Positions 9,200 through 19,585 of a DNA stretch of 19,585 nt are shown here, piece by piece. Source of the DNA: Candidatus Vampirococcus lugosii (GTDB lineage Bacteria > Patescibacteriota > Gracilibacteria > Absconditabacterales > Absconditicoccaceae). Under the pieces are notes generated by a model. The model made no database searches, was not told the DNA's origin, and saw only the letters and a list, made by a program, of their open reading frames with translations. The translations under genes were made by a program, and so were the position numbers. The first letter of the stretch is position 1. Every line of letters starts with the position of its first letter. The stretch covers positions 1 to 19,585 of the forward strand of contig NZ_JAEDAM010000014.1 in assembly GCF_018420025.1 (NCBI RefSeq). Reading direction: 5' to 3'.

Positions 9200-9784
9200 T
9201 TAATTAATTCTATCAATTTTTTCAAAAGGAATCATAAGTGGTGTAACTCTTCAAAGAATCTCTACATTCACATAAACAACTCATTTACCATTATCAATAT
9301 CTTTAACAATTCATTGAGTATCAGCAAATTCTCAATCTTTAATTACAATTATATCTCATTTTTTAAAAGGTGATGACTGCTCTACTCTATCAGTTTTATC
9401 TTTAATATATTTCATCATATCATCATATTCTTTATCAGTAAGTGGAACAGGACGAGTTTCAGCTCAAACTATAAGTCTAACTCAGGGAGTATTCCTTATA
9501 ACATACCATATTTTATCATCCATTTTTGATTTAACAAAAACATATCAAGGATATAATTTTTTGTATACAATTGTTTTTTTTCAAGATCAAGTTTTTTTAT
9601 AATTAATCTCTGGAATAACAGGCACCAAAAAATCTACAATATCATCTTGAAGTCATTGCTTATTAACTCTTTCTACCAAATTTTCTATTACTATTTGCTC
9701 TTGAGAAGAAACAACACTAAGAACATACCATCTATAAGAATCATCCTTAATTTGTTTTTGAATTTCTACATTAGTATTTTCCAT
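9200..9784 (-). CDS. nusG: Transcription termination/antitermination factor NusG, 194 aa.
   Basis: The translation reads YRWYVLSVVSSQEQIVIENL...LYPGYVFVKSKMDDKIWYVIRNTPGV...PFKKGDIIVIKDGEFADTQGIVKDID (KOW motif). The frame was verified, with TAA stop at 9200-9202. Confidence 0.93.
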
Positions 9785-9785
9785 A

Positions 9786-9971
9786 TTATTGTGACATTAA
9801 ATCATAAAACATTGTATATAAATTCATAAATGCTCAATCTACAGCAAGAAAAAATATTGATGCAACAATAACTATCACAACTATAGCAATAGTAAGATTG
9901 ATAACTTCCTTAATAGTAGGTTTTTTTACTTGTTTCAAAGTTTCCAAACTGTCATAAAAAAAATCTAACAT
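9786..9971 (-). CDS. secE: Preprotein translocase subunit SecE, 61 aa.
   Basis: The protein is MLDFFYDSLETLKQVKKPTIKEVINLTIAIVVIVIVASIFFLAVDGAFMNLYTMFYDLMSQ. It is a single-TM protein in the canonical position immediately upstream of nusG, with its stop 1 nt from the nusG ATG. Confidence 0.85.
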
Positions 9972-10128
9972 AATAATTTAATATTAATTTAAAAATAAAA
10001 AATAAACATAATACTGTATAAAGATTTATATATAAATTTCAACTAATTTTAACTTTAATATTTTTCACCTAAAAAACACTAAATCTAATCAAGATTATAT
10101 TATAAATACCAAAATATATTTTTGATAT

Positions 10129-11217
10129 CTATTTTTTGGAGTAGATAACTTGTGTAGGATATGCAAATTCAATTAATTCTTTTTTAAATCTATCAACTAA
10201 TTCAAAATTTATATATTGTTGTGCATCCATATATCTATTATAATCAGATATTTGCATAGTATAAACTATTTCATAATTTAAACTAAAATCTCAAAAAGAA
10301 CTAAAATGAACTCTTTGCAATTCTGCATCAACTAAATCTTCTCATAAAAAAATATCTTCAACAATTTTTGGAATTATTTTTAATTTTTCTAAAGGAGTTT
10401 CATACACAACTCAAATACTAAAAACTATTCTTCTAGTTTGCATATTTCAGTAATTATTTATTACCGAATTAGTAAGTTCTTTATTTGAAATAACAAGCTC
10501 TTCTCATTGCAATGTTTTCAATCTTGTTGATTTTATTCAAACTTTATTTACAGTACCAAAATTACCTCAAACTGCAATAAAATCTCAAATTTTAAAAGGT
10601 TTATCCAAATATATTGAAATAGAAGAAAAAATATCTTCCAAAACATTTTGTAAAGCAAAAGCAACAGCAATACCTCAAACTCATAAACTAGCCAATAGTG
10701 GTGTTATTTCAAAACCTAAATTCATAAGAAAAAATAATAATGCTGTAGCCCATATAACAACCTTTCAAATAAGTAATAATAAATTAAATGTAGTAACATT
10801 TTCATTATTATCATCTTTTGATAAAAGAAATTTACTCAAAAAATATCTAACAAACTTTACCAAAATTTTAGTAAGTTCAAATATTAATACAAATAAGATT
10901 ATAGAATTAAGTATATAATTTATATTATCCGATAAAGTTAATGTTTTTAATGGAATATATAAATATATAGTCCAAAAAAAATATGTAGGCAATTCTTTAA
11001 TATTGTTTATAAAAAATTCGTCAAAATCTGTATTTGTTTTAGATGCATAATTATCTAATTTTTTTAAAACAATTCTTTTAAAAATCCTTATCACAAAAAA
11101 TGTAACAACAAAAATTATAATAGTCAAAAGATAATCCAAAACAGTATTACCAAAAAACACTGTATTTAAACTTAATAAGTTTGAAATATTTTCCAAATTT
11201 AAATAATCTCAAATCAT
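10129..11217 (-). CDS. mscS: MscS-family small-conductance mechanosensitive channel, 362 aa.
   Basis: The translation contains LLASLGVGGIAVAFALQNVLEDIFSSISIYLDKPFKIGDFIAVGGNFGTVNKVGIKSTRLKTLQGEELVISNKELTNSVINNYG. ATG at 11217 lies upstream of the TTG-started track fragment 10765..11196. This is the only gene here that ends in TAG (cta at 10129-10131). Confidence 0.88.
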
Positions 11218-11373
11218 AATATCTTAATTTATTAATTAAATATATTTTATATAAACAAAAAAACATATATTCAAGTATATTATTTTAAATTTGTGCTAAC
11301 AAGATTAAATTATCAAAACACAAATAAAATTGTAAATATAATATTTTTCTAACTTAAATTTTTTAACAAAAAA

Positions 11374-13164
11374 TTATTTAGAAAATCTTTTTCTATCTGT
11401 TTCTTTTAGATATTTTTTTCTAAGTCTAATACTTTCAGGAGTCACTTCTACAAACTCATCTGGTCATATATATCACATAGCATCTTCCAAACTAAGTTCA
11501 TTTATAGGAGTAATTGTCATTGCATCATCACTACCACTTGCTCTTACATTTGTAAGTTGTTTATTTTTGGTCATATTTACCACTAGATCACCAGGTCTAC
11601 TACTTTCTCAAACTATCATTCATTCATAAATTTTAGTTCAAGGTTTCACAAAAATAGTACCTCTTTCTTGTAATTTCCAAATACTAAATTTCATAGTCTC
11701 TCAATTTTCACTACTAATCAAAGATCAATTATTTCTTTTTGCTATTTCTCATTTATATTCACCAAAATGAGAAAAACTACTATACATAATACCTTCTCAT
11801 TTAGTCAAAAGAATAAATTCTGCTCTAAATCAAAGCAATCACCTAGTTGGAATTTCAAATTCTATATTTGTAATTCAATTTTCTGAGACCATATTTACCA
11901 TTTGTCATTTTCTATTTGAAACTTTTTCAATAATAGTACCAGCTAAATCATCTGATACAATAGTTATCAATAATTCAATAGGTTCTTGTTTTTTACCATT
12001 TTCATCTTTTTTCATAATAACTTGAGGAGAACTTACTTGTAATTCATAACCTTCTCTTCTCATATCTTCTATCAAAACTCATAAATGCAATTCTCATCTA
12101 CCAGAAACTATAAATCTATTATTATTTGAAAAATCTACTTTCAATCATACATTTGTTTCCAATTCTTTTGTTAATCTTTCTGCTATTTGTCTACTTGTTA
12201 CATATTTACCTTCTCTACCAGCAAATGGAGAATCATTTACCCAAAATTCCATAGTAAGAGTTGGTGGTTCTACTTTTATTTCTTCAAATGGCTCAAAATC
12301 TCAAACTCATACAGTTTCTCAAACAAAAATATCAGAAATTCAAGCAATTGTTACTATATCACCACATTTTCATTCTTGTTGTTCAATTTTGGCAAGTCAT
12401 AAACTATTAAAAATTTTAGTTATTTTTCAATTTCTAGATTCTCAAAAACTATTTTTAATAACAACTTGTTGTCATTTTTTTACAGTTCAATCATATATTC
12501 TTCAAATACCTAATCTACCAAGGTGGTTATCATAATCCAAATTAGTAATTTGTAATCTTAATGGTTTATCAGAATTATCTTTTGCAACAGGAACTAAATC
12601 CAAAATAGCTTCAAAAAGAGGAATAATATTATCAGATTCATCTTCAAGCTCTTTTTTACCAATACCATATTTTGCTATAGAATACAATACTGGAAAATCA
12701 AGTTGTTCATTATCAGCTCATAATTCTACAAAAAGATCAAAAAGCTGATCTATTACCCGTTCTGGTCTAGCAGCAGGTTTATCAATTTTATTTAAAACTA
12801 CAATAGGTTTTAATCAAATTTCCAATGATTTTTTAAGAACAAACTTAGTTTGTGGCATAGGTCATTCATATGCATCTACTACCAACATTACAGAATCTAC
12901 CATTCTCAAAACTCTTTCTACTTCACTACCAAAATCAGCATGTCAAGGAGTATCTATAATATTTATTATATTTCAATTATAATTTACCGATGTATTTTTG
13001 GCATAAATAGTAATTCATCTTTCTTTTTCTTGATCATTACTATCCATAACACAAATTTCTTCCATATGTTTTAAAGTTCAAGATTGTTTCAAAAAAGCAT
13101 CTACCAAAGATGTTTTCCCATGATCTACATGGGCAATTATAGCAATATTTCTAATTGTTTCCAT
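11374..13164 (-). CDS. typA: Translational GTPase TypA/BipA, 596 aa.
   Basis: The translation starts [25 protein letters not shown] and includes [16 protein letters not shown] and [14 protein letters not shown]. The track fragment 12502..12687 lies inside it. All triplets from 11374 to 13164 were checked for TAA and TAG. Confidence 0.95.
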
Positions 13165-13291
13165 ATTTTAATAAAAATTTATATTTAAAATAAAAATAAA
13201 TAGTTAAAAAATTTTTAATTTAATAAACTATCTTATTATCTATAATAAATAAATTATTAAATAATTCAATATATAATTTATCTAACTGATA

Positions 13292-13317
13292 TTTGTAAAC
13301 AAAAAATAATTTATTTT
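13292..13317 (+). repeat. Copy 1 of a shared intergenic motif, tttgtaa[a/g]caaaaaataatttatttt.
   Basis: It matches 15292-15317 at 25 of 26 positions. It lies about 95 nt upstream of the ATG of the 600-aa orphan gene. Confidence 0.8.
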
Positions 13318-13411
13318 GAAATATATTTTCAATATTTTTGACAAAAAAAATAAAAAAAATATAATCTATCTAAAGAGATATTTGTTTTAAAAATAAATAA
13401 AAATAAAAATT

Positions 13412-15214
13412 ATGGAAGAAAATAAAAATATTCAAAATAATTCTATAATTCAAAATAAAAAACAAAACAAAGAAATAAACTATAAACTTGAATGAGAATT
13501 TTTTAAATGAACTTTTAAGAAAATACAAAGTAAAATTTGAAGCATAAAAAATACTAAAAATCCTATTAGCTGGTATAGTCAAATAAAATCAATAAAATAT
13601 GATATTAATGAATTATTAGAAATAATTTCTGATGATATAAATCAACAGTTTAATATTAACCATACAAATAAACATTCTCTTTTGTATGATTTATGATATG
13701 ATGAAGTAATCAAAGAAAATATAGAATACAAGTATATCTTATCTTCAAAATATTTTGATGATCAATTTTATTTTCAAATATATTCAAAAATTGATCCACA
13801 AATAAATATTTTTTTTCAAAAACTAATTTCAAAAATATATAATAATGAAAATAAACTAATTAACAAATATAAAGACAAACAAATAAATAATTTAAATGAT
13901 GATAAAAATAATTTTGATAAATATAAAGTTTTATTTAATTTTTTAATAAACAAGAAATTATTACCAGATCAAATAGATGATAAAATTAAAAACAATAATA
14001 CAACAAAATTTTTTCATGAAATAGTTAAAAAAATTAGTAAACAAGAAAACGATAAAGAGAATCTATTAAAACAATTATTTTCATTTTTTAACATAAAGAA
14101 AAAAGATTTTAATAAACTTAAATACTCAAAATTAGTAGAAATAGAAAATATATTTAATTTTGATACTATAAATAATAACGAAAAAACATTAATTGAAAAA
14201 CAAAATCCAGAAATATTAAAACAAATTGATGAAATCATTTATAAATATAATTATAATTTTGATTTTAATTTCTATTTAGAAATTTTTGATAAAATTAAAA
14301 ATTTAGAAATTAGATGAGATATATGGTGATATATAAAAGATATAATGAAAGAAAGTTTACAAGAAAATCCTCTTAAAAATAATTTTTCAACAGATCAAAT
14401 TATTGATAAAAACACCCGAGATAATAAAAATATAAATTATAGAACAAAATTAACAAATCTTGATCCTCAAGAAGATAAAAGTAAAATTAGAAGTAGAGAA
14501 ATTATGGAAAAATATGATGAATTCAAAAAAATAATAATTAGTTTACAAGACTCATATTTAAGTGATTCAATTAAAATATTTGTTTATAATTTTTTGTATT
14601 GAAATCTTAATATAAAACAAAATAATTTTGAAACTTTGAAAATAGTATTTTTATATTTCTTACCCAAAAATTATAGAGAATATAGAAAAGTATATCAATT
14701 TTTTGAAGAATATAAAAAGTTTTGCAATATGAAACCTATTAGTAGTGATTTTATTAAACTTTCTGCTTTTAATTTAATATTGATAATATTTATTACTTTT
14801 TTGTGATTTTATTTTTTCTCTATAATTTTTGCTTTTTGATTAATTTTATTCTTGATTTGATATTATTTCAAAAATTTAAATTTTAGTAGTGAAAAATTTT
14901 ATATTAGATGGCATACTTGAGTACAAATGATATGATCTTTTATATTAACTTTTACAATATTGAATTACATAGTTATATCATGACTTATAAAAATAGAAAT
15001 TGCTTGAGGTAATATTAGTAATTTTTTTGAAAAAAGTTGAAATATAACATTAATTAGCTATCAAGATCTTAACAATCCAATAAATATATTTGATAGTCAA
15101 ACTTATTATAGTAACATACAAGCAAACGAAAACTCAAAAAGTGAATTAAAAAAATTTATAAAAGATAATAATATACAAAATTTATCTGAATTAGTTGATA
15201 TTTTAAAAAACTAA
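13412..15214 (+). CDS. Hypothetical 600-aa Lys/Asn-rich protein with 2-3 TM helices near the C-terminus. No recognisable domain.
   Basis: Open from ATG 13412 to TAA 15212-15214 under table 25, checked line by line. The track ORF 14345..14602 is an internal fragment. The hydrophobic segments are LSAFNLILIIFITFLGFYFFSIIFAFGLILFLIGYYF and GSFILTFTILNYIVISGLI. Confidence 0.75.
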
Positions 15215-15291
15215 CTTTTTCTTATAATTTCTCTTGTAAATTCTTTAATATATATTTTTCTAAATAATCTAGATTTTTATTTAATATAATT

Positions 15292-15317
15292 TTTGTAAGC
15301 AAAAAATAATTTATTTT
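15292..15317 (+). repeat. Copy 2 of the shared intergenic motif, followed by TATAAT at 15319-15324.
   Basis: See 13292-13317. A third related copy (agcaaaaaataattattttttataata, 2900-2926) overlaps the stop codon of the 1745..2911 gene, upstream of gyrA. Confidence 0.8.
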
Positions 15318-15467
15318 ATATAATAGCAAACATTACTGTATTTTCTCTAAAAAGCATTCGCAATAGAAATATTACTATTTTTCAAAATAGATTCCAAAGA
15401 AAATACCTACAAAAATCAATAAAACTCATTATTTACTATTTTTTAAATAAAAAATAATAAAAAAAGC

Positions 15468-15495
15468 TTGCATTTTTATAAAAAATTATTATACT
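15468..15495 (+). promoter_or_regulatory. Sigma70-like promoter candidate for the SLH surface-protein gene.
   Basis: TTGCAT at 15468-15473, a 16-nt spacer, and TATACT at 15490-15495, lying 44 nt upstream of ATG 15539. Such hexamers arise easily by chance in AT-rich DNA. Confidence 0.3.
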
Positions 15496-15538
15496 TTATG
15501 TTAGTACAGTTTTATATTATATATAAATATATAGGAAA

Positions 15539-17380
15539 ATGAACAAATGATTTATTTACAAGTGAATTGTTGAAAAAATATTTGCCACATGATTAATATT
15601 AATAGCTTTATATATTACATGAGCTGTTAGTGTATTTGGTGAATTTTGGAGGGCAATTCCATGAAATCCTTTTGTCGCTCTTAATGATTGAACGGATTGA
15701 GAATTTAAGTATTGATATGGTTACGGTGCTTTAGGTTGGGGTAACTGATATTGATATGGTTATTGATATGGTAATGATGCTGGTTATTATATTTGAAATA
15801 AAGAATTTCTGGATGCATCTAATCTATGATCAGTAAGTATTGTTGAGTGATGAGATATTACTAATACAGCTAAAATAACTATGAAGGCTGATGTAGTTAT
15901 TTCTACATGAAATATAAAAGTAACTTTACCTGAAGGTTTGGAAATAACTGATTCTGATTGAAATTCATTTGATGCAACTAGTATTGCAACAGATGTTCTT
16001 AACGAATTATCTGTTTGATTAGATTCAAATGAAAATAAAGAATGAGCTCTGAAATTTTGAGTTTCTGGTATTAAATTAAATTTTTCAAAACCAGTTAAAA
16101 TAGAAATACCAGTTCCTTGAATTAATACTAATAGTATTAAAGTAAAAGTAAAACATGCAAATTCCACTGCTTATTCTACTTCTGCATTGACTAATTCTGC
16201 TAGTGTTAATTGTACTAATTGAACTCCAGATTCAAATGCAAGTGATAATGCAAATATTTCTAATGAAATAGCAACTATTTATACTTGTTCTGCTTCTGAA
16301 TTTGTAGCTTATACGACTTCATCAAGGGGTTGATGAGGTTGATGAGCAATATGGGAAACACCTGATTGAAATAATAATCAAGATGATTGAAATGAAGAAA
16401 TCGATCAAAATGAAGATGATGATCAGGAAAATGATTCTGATGAAAATGTAGATTGAAATGATTGAGAAACTGGTTGAAATAGTTGAAATGTAGATTGAAA
16501 TACTAATATAGATTGAAATGATTGAGAAACTGATATATCTGATGAAACTAAACAAGAAATAGATTCTGTTGAAACTAATTCTGAATCTATGACTGTAAAT
16601 CAAACTGATATTATTATTGAAATACCTGTATTTCAAAATGCTAATACACAATCTGTTATTGATAGTTTAAATAGTGTTATAATTAAAGAAATATTAGAAA
16701 GAAAAATATCTTGAAAAGATCTTGAAAATTTGGTAAATAATTATAATAAATTCTTATCAGTAGTTAAATTAATAAAAGAATGAAATGCAGATAGTATTAT
16801 TAAACAAGCTTGAAAAAGATATTTATCAAATATTACTTCTATTCTGTATAGTTATGAAAAAATAATTACTTCATATGAATTACAAGATGAAGAGTTTGAA
16901 TTAGCTTTGGCATTTTTGAAAAGATATGGTTTAACAAAATATAATAGTGTAGATGAATTTAGACCTTTTGATGAACTTACAAGACAAGAATCAGCTAAAT
17001 TCTTTGCTTGATTTGGATGAGAAGTTTTATGATTAGAATCTACAAATAATAATTGTTCGTTTAATGATATATCTAATGCAGATTATACTCTAGTACCAAA
17101 AATTCTTTCTGTATGTGCTATGTGAATTATGAAATGATTTGAGAATGAATTTAGTCCATTTGATAATATAACTAGAGCGGAATCTTTTACAGTTTTGGTT
17201 AGAGCCATATTGTGAGAAAAGTTAGATGAAAATGTTAATCCACGGTGGGATAATTATTTCAAAATCGCACAAGAATTAAATCTTACTATAGAAAATAATA
17301 CTTGGGAACAAGATAGATCTATAACTAGATATGAAATGTCTTTAATTATATATAGAGCATGGTTAAAATTGAATAATTAA
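15539..17380 (+). CDS. SLH-domain cell-surface protein of 613 aa, S-layer-like. It has an N-terminal signal/anchor, a Gly-Tyr repeat, a central domain, a hexaglycine plus acidic DGN repeats, and C-terminal SLH repeats.
   Basis: Verified line by line under table 25. The N-terminus is MNKGFIYKGIVEKIFATGLILIALYITGAVSVFG. The Gly-Tyr region is KYGYGYGALGWGNGYGYGYGYGNDAGYY. SLH matches are FRPFDELTRQESAKFFAGF, FNDISNADYTLVPKILSVCAMGIMKGFENEFSPFDNITRAESFTVLVRAIL and DRSITRYEMSLIIYRAW. The stop is TAA at 17378-17380. Confidence 0.85.
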
Positions 17381-17400
17381 TTTAAAGTAATGTAAGTTAA

Positions 17401-17429
17401 AAAATGGTAATTATAAATTGCCATTTTTT
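17401..17429 (+). terminator. Rho-independent terminator candidate after the SLH protein gene.
   Basis: A stem pairs aatggtaat (17403-17411) with attgccatt (17417-17425), with 2 G-C pairs, 1 G-U pair and a 5-nt loop. It runs into a T tract at 17424-17429 and is preceded by an A-run. Confidence 0.55.
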
Positions 17430-17519
17430 GATTATTTAATAAAATGTATGGATAAAGCTATAAAAAAGGATTAAACTCATCTTTTTAAGAAAAAATATTT
17501 AGAATTAATTTAAATTTCA

Positions 17520-18587
<1,068 letters not shown>

Positions 18588-18625
18588 AATTCCTCTTTCC
18601 CCTTTTACCTTTCAACTTTAAAACT

Positions 18626-19585
18626 ATGAAAAATATTCTAGTATTAAATTATGAATTCCCGCCACTGTGATGAGGTCAAGCAAATGCAAATTATTATCTT
18701 TTCAAAGAATTTTCAAAATTTTCTGATTATGAATTTACACTAATAACTTCTAGTACAGATAAAGAATATTATCAAAATTTTTCTAATAATATAAAAATAT
18801 ATTATCTTGATATAAATAAAAATTGAAAAAATTTTCATAATCAATGAATCAAAAATTTATTAAAAAATGCATACAAAACTTATAAACTTGCAAAAAAACT
18901 TATAAAAAAAAATAATTTTAATTATATAATGTGCTGGTCCTACCCTGCTATATGAATTTGATATAAATTAAATAAAAAATACAATATTCCATATATCACA
19001 CTATTAAGATGATCAGATGTACCTTTTTATGAACAAAAATGGAAAAATCTTGATAAATATATATTTCAATATCTAGCTCCAAAATTTTGGAAAAATTCAA
19101 AATATGTAATAGCAAATTCAGAACAATTAAAAAATTTAGCATTAAAAATATCACCAAAACAAGATATACAAATCATAACAAATGGTATAAATTTGGAAGA
19201 ATTTAAAAACACTTGAAATAAAAAAGACAATAAAAATTTTAATATACTTTTTGTATGAAGACTTACAGAAAGAAAATGAATACTAGAATTAACAAAAGCA
19301 TTTAAAAATTTTGCAAAAGATAAAGAAGATATAAAACTTAATATAGTTTGAGATGGTTGACTTTATGAAGAAATAAAAGAATATATTGAAAAAAATAATC
19401 TAAATAATAAAATAATTTTACACTGACTCATAAATCATAATAAAATAAAACAAATATATCATCAAAATGACATATACATACTTCCAAGCTCAAATGAATG
19501 AATGAGTAATACTTTACTTGAAGCACTTGCAAGCTCTTTACCTGTTATTATAACGGATGTAGGAGGAACAAAAGAACTTTTTGAT
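18626..19585 (+). CDS. GT4-family (GT-B, group 1) glycosyltransferase, 3'-partial, with 320 codons in the window.
   Basis: The translation starts MKNILVLNYEFPPLGGGQANANYY and ends ...SSNEGMSNTLLEALASSLPVIITDVGGTKELFD, which matches the E-x7-E type motif region. It starts 38 nt after galE with no intervening terminator. Confidence 0.88.

Noticed and set aside
9972-10128. An expected tRNA (often tRNA-Trp) or other small RNA upstream of secE, and likewise in the other long spacers (6908-7104, 11218-11373, 13165-13411, 15215-15538).
   Set aside because: These spacers are almost pure A/T with no GC-containing cloverleaf arms or conserved T-loop (GTTCRA) sequence.
12187-13074. Plus-strand track ORFs 12187..12402 and 12850..13074.
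   Set aside because: They are antisense to typA, which is open and conserved over its entire 596 codons.
15787-16651. 126-aa and 109-aa minus-strand ORFs from the track.
   Set aside because: Both lie antisense within the verified 613-aa SLH protein gene. The second mirrors the acidic repeat, has no independent start context, and gives an implausible Ile/Ser-rich product.

Overview
This is a very AT-rich bacterial window, and the supplied standard-code ORF track is almost entirely misleading because TGA is a sense codon here. In-frame TGA falls on invariant glycines of housekeeping proteins: GyrA DVRD-G-LKP, HPH-G-D and PDFPT-GG; GalE T-GG-LGYI-G-S; MiaA V-G-GT-G-LY; TypA DTP-G-H. That pattern fits translation table 25 (TGA=Gly, known from Absconditabacteria/SR1 and Gracilibacteria, CPR) and not table 4. 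I re-read all frames by hand with TAA and TAG as the only stops. This gives 17 tightly packed genes. On the + strand: the 3' end of a beta-helix repeat surface fibre with a 12-Cys tip, a signal-peptide/coiled-coil/TM protein, an acidic protein with a possible papain-fold Cys-His domain, gyrA, a small 3-TM ORF, and miaA. On the - strand: rplA, rplK, an SLH-like membrane protein, nusG, secE, an MscS-family channel, and typA. Back on the + strand: a 600-aa orphan membrane protein, a 613-aa SLH-domain surface protein, galE, and a 3'-partial GT4 glycosyltransferase. I saw no rRNA, tRNA, CRISPR array, transposase or recognisable defence genes. The points most worth follow-up are these. (1) The recoding itself, with TGA the preferred Gly codon. 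(2) A 110-codon membrane ORF bracketed by a perfect 34-bp direct repeat, the only complete gene with no TGA. (3) The surface-fibre/accessory/papain-like trio. (4) A lineage-specific SLH-like gene wedged into secE-nusG-rplKA. (5) An SLH surface protein with Gly-Tyr and acidic repeats next to glycan genes. All functional calls come from by-eye motif recognition and no database search was possible.
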